NCBI GenBank assembly: GCA_016865985.1
Contig: VGNO01000001.1
Location: 1 to 51,367 of the forward strand
Direction: 5' to 3'
Length of the DNA stretch: 51,367 nt
Source of the DNA: Chloroflexota bacterium
GTDB taxonomy: Bacteria; Chloroflexota; Anaerolineae; Anaerolineales; Villigracilaceae
The position numbers and the translations under genes are program-made. Shown here one piece after another: positions 17,589-28,056 of the stretch (its first letter is position 1; every line of letters starts with the position of its first letter). A model generated the notes under the pieces. That model was given only the letters and a program-made list of their open reading frames with translations. It was not told the DNA's origin and did no database searches.

Positions 17589-18248
17589 ATGGAGCGGAGC
17601 AAATTGCAGTTTTGTGTATTCTTGACAACCGGCCTTCTGACGCTGGCATGCCTCTCTGTTTCTCTCCCCCAGCAGGTTGCGCAAACCCAGGGCAGCCCGG
17701 GCGGGGATGCGGCAACACCGACTGCGACTCCCGGGAACAACCCAGACGTTTCATTCGCTTCCGTCCACGATTTCCTCATTCCGCTGGTACCCGAAATTTT
17801 CGAAAGGATAGGCTATCCGGCCACTGAGATGGATGTTGCCGAGGATTTCTATCGTTATTCATTTGTTGCTCCATGCGATCTCCCCACGGATATCCCCTGC
17901 CGTAGCGAGGATACCTCTTATTGTGAGAGTTACGAGATCCTGTTCCTGGCTGGTTTTATCGATGCCGACCTGGGCCAATTCACTGAGCCGGGGATGGTGG
18001 TACACGACTCGCAATCCTTCCACGAACGCGGCATGCCGGTCATCATTAAAATCTTCAACGGGACAGACCCTGATGATGACCTCGGCAGGACCAAAGTGGG
18101 ACTGATCCAACTCGACCAGGTCCGTTGGTTTGGATTCCGGACAGTTCAACCTTGCGTGGAGGCCCTGGGCGACAGGCTGCCGGACCCCTGGGCAATGATC
18201 CAGGCGATGATGGCTGTGATGGAAGAGCATGGCTGGATCTTTCCATGA
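17589..18248 (+). CDS. Secreted/lipoprotein-like hypothetical protein
   Basis: AAGGAG RBS, N-terminal signal peptide with LTLAC, and an acidic mature region. No motif recognised. Confidence 0.6.
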   Translation: MERSKLQFCVFLTTGLLTLACLSVSLPQQVAQTQGSPGGDAATPTATPGNNPDVSFASVHDFLIPLVPEIFERIGYPATEMDVAEDFYRYSFVAPCDLPTDIPCRSEDTSYCESYEILFLAGFIDADLGQFTEPGMVVHDSQSFHERGMPVIIKIFNGTDPDDDLGRTKVGLIQLDQVRWFGFRTVQPCVEALGDRLPDPWAMIQAMMAVMEEHGWIFP

Positions 18249-18268
18249 TACCTGTTTCGGGCGACTAG

Positions 18269-20224
<1,956 letters not shown>

Positions 20225-20254
20225 TTGATTGGCAATGGAAATTCGGTGAATGCA

Positions 20255-20560
20255 ATGCAAAAGAAGAAGTTCCGCATTCCGCGCAAGAAGATCAACGAAT
20301 TTTGCCGCCGCTGGGGAGTGGTGGAACTCTCGTTATTTGGCTCGGTTTTGCGCGCTGATTTTCGTCCCGACAGCGATGTGGACGTGCTGGTCACATTCTC
20401 CAAGGAGGCGCAGATCAGCCTGTTCGATTTGGTGCAAATGAAACTGGACCTGGAGGAAGTCTTCCATCGCCCCGTGGATATCATCGAGAAGGACGCGCTG
20501 GAGAACCCATTCCGCAAGCGGGAAATCCTCAGAACCGCGCAGGTGGTCTATGCTGCCTGA
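20255..20560 (+). CDS. MNT-type nucleotidyltransferase antitoxin (type VII HepT/MNT system)
   Basis: GSVLR.DF...SDVDVLV minimal-NTase motif. ATG at 20255 is preferred over the TTG at 20225. Overlaps the downstream HepT gene by 11 nt. Confidence 0.8.
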   Translation: MQKKKFRIPRKKINEFCRRWGVVELSLFGSVLRADFRPDSDVDVLVTFSKEAQISLFDLVQMKLDLEEVFHRPVDIIEKDALENPFRKREILRTAQVVYAA

Positions 20561-20891
20561 CGAGAGGAACCTGTCCTATTTGTGGGACATGCGGAAATAC
20601 GCTCTGGAAATCACGGAGATCGCCAAGGGCATATCGCATTCAAAGTTTGTCGAGAACAAAACGATTCGCTATGCCATCGAACGCCTGCTTTTGATCGTTG
20701 GCGAAGCGGCAAATCACATTTCCAGTGAATTCCAGGCTGCGCACCCCGAGATCGAGTGGGCGCAAATCATAGGTTTGCGGAATATTCTGGCGCACGAATA
20801 CGGTGAAATAAAGATGGACAAGGTCTATCTCGCGGCCACGAAGAGCGTCCCGGCATTATTGGAGCGTTTACACCCTCTTCTCCCAGAGTGA
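20550..20891 (+). CDS. HepT-like (DUF86/HEPN) ribonuclease toxin
   Basis: HEPN Rx4H motif in RNILAHEYGEI. 113 aa. Paired with the upstream MNT gene. Confidence 0.85.
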   Translation: MLPDERNLSYLWDMRKYALEITEIAKGISHSKFVENKTIRYAIERLLLIVGEAANHISSEFQAAHPEIEWAQIIGLRNILAHEYGEIKMDKVYLAATKSVPALLERLHPLLPE

Positions 20892-20900
20892 TTTTACCCA

Positions 20901-20981
20901 ATGCTCATGGGCGACGCTGTGGATCCGAGGAAGCGGTTCATCCAGACGCATGCCAGGAGTGTGAGGAATTTGGATATTTAG
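20901..20981 (+). pseudogene. Displaced duplicate of the gyrB 3' terminus (last 26 codons plus stop)
   Basis: Aligns codon-for-codon with 20144-20224 and encodes the identical peptide [26 protein letters not shown]. 8 of 81 nt differ: seven synonymous third-position changes plus TAA versus TAG. Confidence 0.85.
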
Positions 20982-21051
20982 AAAAGTAACTCCCGCAGGT
21001 TGAACTGAACCCAATAAACGAGACAAAAAAAAGACCCCGATGAGTTATTTG

Positions 21052-21090
21052 GACAGACACCTGGTTTCAAAGGGTGTCTGTCTTGATTTC
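21052..21090 (+). terminator. Intrinsic terminator downstream of the displaced gyrB end
   Basis: GACAGACACC-loop-GGTGTCTGTC followed by TTGATTTC. Confidence 0.65.
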
Positions 21091-21220
21091 AATTGTATCC
21101 TCTCGTAGTAGTAGCAAATGTAATCGCTAATGATCAGCCGCACGGCAGACCCATCTCCAGGCAGGCGCGCAAGGCGCCGGCCGGAAGAAGATGCATGCCC
21201 GCGGCGCAGTTGTCGAAGCG

Positions 21221-21249
21221 TTGAAATTCCCCTCCCGCCATGCTATGAT
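21221..21249 (+). promoter_or_regulatory. Sigma-70-like promoter for the downstream lipoprotein gene
   Basis: TTGAAA (21221-21226), 17-nt spacer, TATGAT (21244-21249). Lies 44 nt upstream of the ATG at 21293. Confidence 0.45.
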
Positions 21250-21292
21250 ATAGCCATACTTGGATCCGCTTACAAGACTCAAGGAGGCAAGA

Positions 21293-22333
21293 ATGGGCAA
21301 GAAATGGAGTTTCCATCCCCCTGTCATCGTCTCCATCCTGGTCATCTCCTCCATCCTGACTGGCTGTACTCTGTGTGGCCTGTATGACGATGAAGACGTG
21401 TTCGTAGCAGGCTCCGTCTGGATCGACGCCGACCGCGACGGGGTGCGGGATGACGACGAGGAGAACGCCAACGGCGTCACGGTCAATCTCGTCAGCCAGG
21501 ACGGCACGGTGATCGACTCCACGACCACCAACATCGGCGCCTATTCTTTCGAACGCCCCGATGACCTGCCCGAGGGAATGTACCACCTGGAGTTCATCCT
21601 GCCGGAGGGGCACGAGGCGATCCCCGAATTTGGACCGTATAGCAACCAGGTGGACCAGAACGGCAGGTCGGAGGACTTCTACATTGCCCCGGAACCGCAG
21701 GGCGATGAGCCGGAACAGCCGGTCCAGGAGGTCAACCTGGGGCTTGCGCGCCCGGGAACCACGGCCGCCGAGGAGCCGACGGCGACCGAGCCAAGCCTCG
21801 AGGACCTGCTGAGCAGCGAGTACGACCCGCTGGAGGATACGGTGGTCACCTCCATGGGCAGCGCGGTGAATTATGGCGAGGACCCCGCCCTGTGGGTGGA
21901 CGCCTACAGCGCCGTCTTCCTGCGCTTCCCGCTCGAACCCCTGCCGGAAAATGCCACCCTGGTCTCGGCTGTCCTCGACCTTTTTTCGGATGACAGCGGG
22001 ACGGCTGGAGGGTTGGTCGTGACCCTGGGCATTCCTGCGGCGCCCATGTCTTGGGCGGAGTCCGCCCTGACCTTCAACACTGCCCCGCGCATGATGGACA
22101 GCGCCCCTCCCCTGGAACAGCAGTTGATGCAGTACAGCGGTCCCGGCTCGAAGGATACATTCGATGTCGCCTCGCTCTACACAGCCACCGTACAGGCATA
22201 CCCCGGTATGCCTATCTTCGACATTATGATCGCCATCAGTCCCACCGGGGACCAGGGACATAGCCAGGGCTGGTCGAGCAGAGAAGGATTGAACCCGCCG
22301 AAACTGACCGTTACCATCAAGATGGGCGACTGA
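21293..22333 (+). CDS. Lipoprotein with SdrD-B/Cna-B-like fold and C-terminal DNRLRE-like domain
   Basis: AGGAGG RBS and lipobox LTGC. DADRDGVRDDDE...GVTVNLV...YSF pattern. C-terminal NYG...LRFPL...W.E..LTFNTAP pattern. Confidence 0.75.
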   Translation: MGKKWSFHPPVIVSILVISSILTGCTLCGLYDDEDVFVAGSVWIDADRDGVRDDDEENANGVTVNLVSQDGTVIDSTTTNIGAYSFERPDDLPEGMYHLEFILPEGHEAIPEFGPYSNQVDQNGRSEDFYIAPEPQGDEPEQPVQEVNLGLARPGTTAAEEPTATEPSLEDLLSSEYDPLEDTVVTSMGSAVNYGEDPALWVDAYSAVFLRFPLEPLPENATLVSAVLDLFSDDSGTAGGLVVTLGIPAAPMSWAESALTFNTAPRMMDSAPPLEQQLMQYSGPGSKDTFDVASLYTATVQAYPGMPIFDIMIAISPTGDQGHSQGWSSREGLNPPKLTVTIKMGD

Positions 22334-23009
22334 GGCGCTGGAGCGCCCATGCCATCCTCCACCCCATGACCGCCACCGGCGCGGCCATCAACGCCAGCGC
22401 CAGCCCGAAGAGCGGCCAGTTGAACGCTACCGGCAGCGCCTGCCGCACGGCGGTCTCGCCACCAGGCAGGGCGTGCAGGGAATCGGCCATGAAAGTATAG
22501 AGCGCCAGTCCCGCCCCGGCCAGGGCTGGCAGCCACGTCCGCCAGCGGGGCCAACAGGGTTCCGCCGACCGTTCGTTCACAGCCGCCAGCACGCCTCCCA
22601 GGATCAACAGCAGGGAGATCAGCGCCGGGGCCAGCGCCGGTCCCCACCACGGCAGGGGGATCAGGAATAGCACGTCCCAATCCAGCAGGGACTGCGGCCA
22701 CCCGCTCATTAGGACCAGGAATACATAGTAGAAGATGTCCCAGATTCCGAAAGCCAGCAGGGCATACCCGGCGCGGCCGCGCCACGTCTGCCCGGCCAGC
22801 CAGCCAACCGCCGCCAGCATCAGCAGGGTGGCGATCTCGCGTCCCACCTCGATCCAGCCCAACCCGGCGGAGACCGGCAGCGGCTCGGCCTGGTAGGGCA
22901 CAACCCGGTCGATCATCACCCGCAGGTAGAAGACCACCGCCGATTCGACCCAGGCCATGCCAATGGCATAGAGCGAAACACCGCCGAGTCGTCCATACAG
23001 GTCACGCAT
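22317..23009 (-). CDS. Polytopic membrane protein, unknown function
   Basis: Six or so hydrophobic helices. Start placed at MRDLYG (23009), which is preceded by AAGGAG. An upstream ATG lies at 23033. Confidence 0.65.
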   Translation of the reverse strand: MRDLYGRLGGVSLYAIGMAWVESAVVFYLRVMIDRVVPYQAEPLPVSAGLGWIEVGREIATLLMLAAVGWLAGQTWRGRAGYALLAFGIWDIFYYVFLVLMSGWPQSLLDWDVLFLIPLPWWGPALAPALISLLLILGGVLAAVNERSAEPCWPRWRTWLPALAGAGLALYTFMADSLHALPGGETAVRQALPVAFNWPLFGLALALMAAPVAVMGWRMAWALQRLSRPS

Positions 23010-23218
23010 ATGAGACTCCTTTTTGTGAGTCATTATCGGGCTGGGATGCTGTCAAAGGCTCACTTCCGGATGTCAGTTGCTATCATTTCCTGGCCGCCGG
23101 ATGTATGAACCGGCCATATGCTCGATGCTCGTCCTTCCAGGCGGGCAACCGCCGGTCCCGGCTTTGACCGCCATGCTATTATTTCACCGCAAGCATCCAG
23201 CCGCCGAGGAGGCCTTCA

Positions 23219-24124
23219 ATGACCCGCCTGAGCATCCGCGCCAAGTTGTTGATCGTCTTCATGCTGCTCTTCACCGTCGCCTTTGCTACGTCTTTCTATT
23301 GGTTCTACCAGTTTGCCACGGAAATGGCGACGAACTACCTGCGCCAGAGCCTGATGGCCTCCGCCGGGACGGCCGCCTCCATGGTGGATGCTGACCTGCA
23401 CACGCAGGTCTACACCAGCGGGGTGGAGAACGATGCCCAGTACACCCAGATCGCTCAACAACTGCGGCTGGTGCGTGACGGAAACCCACGCGTGGCGGCC
23501 ATCTACACCATGGTGCGCTCGGACAATCCCAATGAGTTGATCTTCGTCGTCACCGCGGAGGAGGACACGGAGGAGCGGGCTCACCTGCGCGAACCGTACG
23601 ATACCAGCAATGCGCCGGAGATGATCCTGGGTTTCGACGGGCCGGCAGCGGACGTGGAGATGGGCGCGGATGAGTATGGCGTCTGGCTTTCAGGCTATGC
23701 ACCCATCCGCGACTCCCAGGGGAAGGCGGTGGCCATCGTGGGCGTGGATATGGAAGCGGAGGATGTCCTCCTGGTCCAGACCCAGGTGCGCAACGTGAGC
23801 ATCCTGGTGTTCGTGATCGCCTACGCCGCCGTTTTTGCTGCGGCGATCATGCTTTCCGGCGCCATCACCCGTTCGCTGCGCGCCATCACCGGCGCGGCCC
23901 AGGCGCTCGAAGAGGGCGAACCGTTCGAACCCGAACGGCTGGCGCGCGTGGCGCGCGGCGCGGACGAGCTGGGGCAACTGGCGCGGGTCTTCAGCCACAT
24001 GGCCGTCCAGGTGCAGGCGCGTGAACAGAAATTGAAACAGGATTTGGAGAAATTGCAGATCGAGATCGACGAGGTGAAACGCGCCCACCAGGTGGCCGAG
24101 ATCACCGGAACGGAATACTTCTAG
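23219..24124 (+). CDS. Membrane sensor with extracytoplasmic Cache-like domain and HAMP/coiled coil, no output domain
   Basis: GAGGAGG RBS. TM1, a periplasmic region of about 170 aa, TM2, HAMP-like segment (ITRSLRAITGAAQAL...ELGQLARVFSHM), then a coiled coil. Confidence 0.75.
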   Translation: MTRLSIRAKLLIVFMLLFTVAFATSFYWFYQFATEMATNYLRQSLMASAGTAASMVDADLHTQVYTSGVENDAQYTQIAQQLRLVRDGNPRVAAIYTMVRSDNPNELIFVVTAEEDTEERAHLREPYDTSNAPEMILGFDGPAADVEMGADEYGVWLSGYAPIRDSQGKAVAIVGVDMEAEDVLLVQTQVRNVSILVFVIAYAAVFAAAIMLSGAITRSLRAITGAAQALEEGEPFEPERLARVARGADELGQLARVFSHMAVQVQAREQKLKQDLEKLQIEIDEVKRAHQVAEITGTEYF

Positions 24125-24171
24125 GACCTGCGCAGCAAGGCCACCGAAATGCGGAAGAAGAGGAGCGGGGG

Positions 24172-24555
24172 TTAGAACAACTTCGGCTGTTCCGGGCCGC
24201 CTTCAACATCATCCCAACCGAAATGTTTCAAGTCCACCCGGCCGCGGTCGTCGAATTCCACCCCTTCGGCTTCCAGACGGGCGCGCTGCTCCTGTGCCCC
24301 GGGGCGCAGGCTGATCTCCCCTTTGGCGTTGATGACCCGCCACCAGGGCACATCGGCGGGACATTGCGCCATCGCCCCGCCCACCCAGCGCGCCCCGAAG
24401 GCCAAATAGGATTTTGCGTCCATGCCCCCCGGTGGCGGGATCATTTGTGCGATCCGCCCGTAGGCCGTCACCCTGCCCGGTGGGACCCGGCGGACGATAT
24501 CCCAGACCCGGGCGTGGAAATCTTTCAGGTTCGGTGGGGAAGAAAATGCGGCCAT
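24172..24555 (-). CDS. MGMT-family DNA-binding protein lacking the acceptor Cys (alkyltransferase-like, ATL)
   Basis: VPPGRVTAYG helix-turn-helix region. The active-site position reads PWWRV instead of PCHRV. 127 aa. Confidence 0.75.
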   Translation of the reverse strand: MAAFSSPPNLKDFHARVWDIVRRVPPGRVTAYGRIAQMIPPPGGMDAKSYLAFGARWVGGAMAQCPADVPWWRVINAKGEISLRPGAQEQRARLEAEGVEFDDRGRVDLKHFGWDDVEGGPEQPKLF

Positions 24556-24563
24556 TCATCGCC

Positions 24564-25259
24564 TCAGGGAATTCCCAGTTCCTTTTTTTCCAGTTGCATC
24601 CCCTGGTGCTGCATGTAGAGAGCCAGGATCGAGGAGAAAAGCGCCACACATCCCCAGACCATTTCCGCAATCCTGGAGGGATAGATGTAAAGTTGCAGCG
24701 CCCCCCCCAGGCAAAGCAGGGCAAAGAATGCGTACAGGCGGTTGGACGCCTTGAACCTTTTGGTAAATTCCGGCGGGAAGATTTTCCACGCCCCGGAGCG
24801 TTCAAAATGTACCTGCAGCAGGAGGGCGCACAGGATCAGCGCAGCCGTTGCCGCCAGCCAGCCGGACGGGTTGGTGACCAGCAGGCATTGGATGGACTCA
24901 ACTAGCATGGAAAAAAGCACAATGACAGTGGAAACAATAGAAATCGGCCATTTCAAGACAAGGCTCCCCCAGGTAGTTTGCACCCAGGAGTTGGCCAGAA
25001 TCAAAATGGACGTCACGAGAAACATCGTGAGATGCCAGCGGCCTGCCTGGATTTCTGCCAGCAGCGGAGACAACTGGGTCAGCAGGGCGGCCATGGCCAA
25101 CCCGCCCAGCACGGTCCAGAAGTTGACCTGCGCCTCGCGCTGGAAGTAGACGGACTCCTCGCGATGCGTGGCCCACAGGCGGAGGTCGGAGTCCTTCTTT
25201 TTGCTCACCAACCTGGCAGGGGAGTCTTTTATTTTTGGGGTTCCAATGGTTCGCGGCAT
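24564..25259 (-). CDS. Polytopic membrane protein, unknown function (first gene at the left edge of the low-GC island)
   Basis: Charged N-terminal region of about 45 aa, then at least 5 hydrophobic helices. G+C is lower than the neighbouring ATL gene. Confidence 0.65.
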   Translation of the reverse strand: MPRTIGTPKIKDSPARLVSKKKDSDLRLWATHREESVYFQREAQVNFWTVLGGLAMAALLTQLSPLLAEIQAGRWHLTMFLVTSILILANSWVQTTWGSLVLKWPISIVSTVIVLFSMLVESIQCLLVTNPSGWLAATAALILCALLLQVHFERSGAWKIFPPEFTKRFKASNRLYAFFALLCLGGALQLYIYPSRIAEMVWGCVALFSSILALYMQHQGMQLEKKELGIP

Positions 25260-25305
25260 ATTATCCTCGGAGGTAGGGGCGGGGATGAAAATCCCCAGCA
25301 GAACT

Positions 25306-25971
25306 TCAGTTCAGGCTCTTTCGGAGGCCAGACAACATCATCCTTCTTAACCTTTTACTCAACGCAGCCATGAACTCCGCTCTATCGGGAAAACCAGAAT
25401 CGTTACGCAATGCTCGATATATTTCGTTTGCGCTGACAGAAACATAGCGCGTGATTCTTATGGGGACTCGGTTGGTCTCGGCGGTAACATCCTGGAGAGC
25501 AAATCTCACGGCATGTTCTGCCGAAAATCCATCTGGTTTGAAGCCGAAACGTTTGACCATGCTTGCATAGATCGGCTCTGGAATGACCCAATAAGATTTC
25601 ACTCCCCAGGCCTCGTAAACAATTCCCCTGTCAAGTAATTGGCATAGAAATGCTCTGAGTTTCCGTTCATAATCCGCCGAATGCGGGGATGCTGGCTTGG
25701 AAGTATTCCCACCTGTCATAGACTCTTTAGTGGGTAGAAATGCTCTCAACTCAACCGGAACGAAATCGTCAATCTCCCGAGTAAAAGGCTTGTGCCTGGC
25801 AAGTACAAAATCAATTGTTACATAATCGGGCAATTTCACGTTGGAAAATGTTACCAGGTTGGTTGGCTCTCCAAAGTAATTGAGAGCGATGGTTTCCAAT
25901 ACCAAAGGGATACCTTCAACGCTTCCTTCGCCTGCACCGATAAGATCAAAGGCAAATATCTGTGCTGGCAT
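25306..25971 (-). CDS. Hypothetical soluble protein, no recognisable motif (island gene)
   Basis: 221-aa ORF in low-GC DNA with no competing ORF of similar length. Same strand as the R-M genes. Confidence 0.6.
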   Translation of the reverse strand: MPAQIFAFDLIGAGEGSVEGIPLVLETIALNYFGEPTNLVTFSNVKLPDYVTIDFVLARHKPFTREIDDFVPVELRAFLPTKESMTGGNTSKPASPHSADYERKLRAFLCQLLDRGIVYEAWGVKSYWVIPEPIYASMVKRFGFKPDGFSAEHAVRFALQDVTAETNRVPIRITRYVSVSANEIYRALRNDSGFPDRAEFMAALSKRLRRMMLSGLRKSLN

Positions 25972-26112
25972 TTGACTATCACCTAACTATCGCGCTCTGT
26001 CCGTACATGGCAACTTTACCCGAACGAATCTGGCGGACGAGGACCCAGACCTTATGGTCACAGACGTTTGGATCGAGAGGGGATGTAAATTGCACGGGCT
26101 AATCCATTTCGG

Positions 26113-26151
26113 ACAAGAAAACGCCCTGTCAGAAAAGGAGAACAGGCGTTT
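26113..26151 (-). terminator. Terminator-like hairpin after the restriction-enzyme gene
   Basis: On the minus strand: AAACGCCTGT-loop-ACAGGGCGTTT followed by TCTTGTCC. Confidence 0.45.
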
Positions 26152-26169
26152 ACAAGGAAACTGGTTATT

Positions 26170-26883
26170 CTATAGTTCCCAATGAAACTCGTCTGGCAGG
26201 AGAGATATTCGTTGAACGCGCCATTTTGCCTTTTCTTTCAGCCGATGAAAACTCAGGCGAACGCGGAATTCCTCTCCCAAAGTTGGCGCGTTGCGTCCCG
26301 CGATCCAGATCGTATCCTGTGCGTTGGGATTATATTGTTCCTGTAACATCCCATTCGGCACAGCTGCAACCGTTATGATGTGCAATATGTTAATGCCATT
26401 CTTCTCTTCATAGTTGTATTTCACGAACAAAGTCGTTGTCAGATAGGATACGCCTTTGAGTCTGATGATTGTCGGAATCTTGCCCTGTACCTCTACTTCC
26501 TTTCCAAAACGAACTTGCTTCACAATCATAGAAAATTGCGATGTCTGTAAAGTGGCTGTACCTTGTCCGCTAACCTTCTCAGCCTTGGAATCAACGAAAA
26601 GCGCTTGCTTGACTGCGTAATCGGGATGAAAGAGATAACAGGCACGCTTGTAATCAACCTTGCCGAACAAGCGTTGCTCTATTTTTGACATGCCCAATGA
26701 GTCAATCGCTTCTCGCGTGATATCCTCGCCGATGTCTGCTACCAGGTCGCTTTCCTCCTGGAAGATTTCTTGGGCGGCGACTCGGTAATCGTAAATCGCT
26801 TGCGTGACCAATCGTAAGGACACTTTTTCGATTTCTTCCAAACGATCAGGGTTATGACTGAGTTCTTGGGGATTGATAAGCAT
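26170..26883 (-). CDS. Type II restriction endonuclease, SfiI-like (PD-(D/E)xK)
   Basis: HPD...FVDSKAEK fits PD-(D/E)xK. FGKVDYKR, LQTSQFSM, QYNP..D and RLKEKAKWRVQ segments align with my recollection of R.SfiI. ATG at 26883 lies 4 nt after the MTase stop; alternative GTG at 26904. Confidence 0.7.
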   Translation of the reverse strand: MLINPQELSHNPDRLEEIEKVSLRLVTQAIYDYRVAAQEIFQEESDLVADIGEDITREAIDSLGMSKIEQRLFGKVDYKRACYLFHPDYAVKQALFVDSKAEKVSGQGTATLQTSQFSMIVKQVRFGKEVEVQGKIPTIIRLKGVSYLTTTLFVKYNYEEKNGINILHIITVAAVPNGMLQEQYNPNAQDTIWIAGRNAPTLGEEFRVRLSFHRLKEKAKWRVQRISLLPDEFHWEL

Positions 26884-26887
26884 GGGG

Positions 26888-27937
26888 CTACTCTTCCGAA
26901 TCACGTATCAGCCGGATTTGTATTCCGGGTGAAATCCTCGAGCGCGCCAATTGAACGTATTTTTTCTCGAGTTCAATTCCAATGTATCGACGGTCCTCTT
27001 GAATGGCAGCCAGAGCGGTTGTCCCACTGCCCATAAAACAATCGAGCACAACATCGCCTGGTTCTGTCAGCAGACGAATGGTTCGCGAGGGTAATTCCAA
27101 GGGGAACTTAGCCTCATGATCATCATTGGCCCGGACCGACGGGAAGCGCCACACGGCTCTCGACCCCCAGTCTTTCCATTCATCCGAGGATAATCTTCCC
27201 CGGTCGAACTTTGTGATTCCCGGCTTCCAAAAAAAGTACAGATATTCGAATTCATCAATAGCGCGATAAGACAAACTGGCCCAGCGCGAATTCTCCCAAG
27301 CCGCATCCTTTACCCAAACCCGCCTGTCGTAGGGATAGAAGCCAGCTTTTAAGGCCCATTCTTCCACCAAACCGCCAACAATCTTTACTCGCGTTTGTGG
27401 CTCATGCTTTCCACCGCGTATGTTATTACCGTGAAGCCTGCGGTCAATGGTTTGCTCGCTACATCCCAGTAATTTTGCCAGTTGGTAGCGGTTGTAATTG
27501 GGATGTTCCGTCAATGCTCGATGCACGTCCTCTCTTGTTACATGGGAACGCTTTTTATTGACCGCATCAGCCTGGATGCGAGGCATATCCGTATCTTTGA
27601 AGCACAAAATATCGGCGATGTTCACCACGAGGAAGCCGCCGGGCTTGATTAAGGGAAAGTGTAAACCGATAACTTGCTCCAACAAAACCTGCCATGCATC
27701 GAAAGTCAGATAGGCTTCGTAATCTTTGCCAACAAAATAAGGAGGCGACCAAACGCTTAAGGCAATACTGTTCGGTTCGATCTGCGGCAGGAGTTCGCGC
27801 GCGTCACCCTGATAAATCTCATCTGGACTCAAATACTTTGTCCATTTGTTTCCATCAGAATAAAGCAGGCGAAAAGTATCCTGTAATCCCTTTGGTAATC
27901 TTTCAATTTTGAAGTCGGGTAGACTTTGTTCACTCAT
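26888..27937 (-). CDS. Beta-class DNA methyltransferase, SPPY motif (probably N4-cytosine), with internal HTH-like insert
   Basis: Motif IV SVWSPPYFVG is N-terminal to motif I VVLDCFMGSGTTALAA (beta-class order). The segment YQLAKLLGCSEQTIDRRL between them looks like a helix-turn-helix. Confidence 0.85.
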   Translation of the reverse strand: MSEQSLPDFKIERLPKGLQDTFRLLYSDGNKWTKYLSPDEIYQGDARELLPQIEPNSIALSVWSPPYFVGKDYEAYLTFDAWQVLLEQVIGLHFPLIKPGGFLVVNIADILCFKDTDMPRIQADAVNKKRSHVTREDVHRALTEHPNYNRYQLAKLLGCSEQTIDRRLHGNNIRGGKHEPQTRVKIVGGLVEEWALKAGFYPYDRRVWVKDAAWENSRWASLSYRAIDEFEYLYFFWKPGITKFDRGRLSSDEWKDWGSRAVWRFPSVRANDDHEAKFPLELPSRTIRLLTEPGDVVLDCFMGSGTTALAAIQEDRRYIGIELEKKYVQLARSRISPGIQIRLIRDSEE

Positions 27938-28056
27938 AGCAACACCTTGAGATTAAAAAGCGACAACCCAATTATACTATTTGCTGTTTTCGAAAGTTGA
28001 TTCACACGGCTTGGGAGTGGCTAATTCCGTGGGCTTCTTCATTCCTGTTTTTATTT

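Noticed and set aside
20901-20981. 26-codon ATG-initiated mini-ORF as an independent gene
   Set aside because: It is an exact peptide duplicate of the gyrB C-terminus without an obvious RBS. It is best explained as a displaced gene end (annotated as a pseudogene/relic), not a functional peptide gene.
21235-23182. Shared CCGCCATGCTAT(G/T)AT 15-mer at promoter-like positions upstream of two genes (21235-21249 and 23168-23182)
   Set aside because: Exact 12-mer matches between two places in a 51-kb window are expected by chance (tens of pairs). The second site has no -35 at proper spacing. There is not enough support for a shared regulatory motif.
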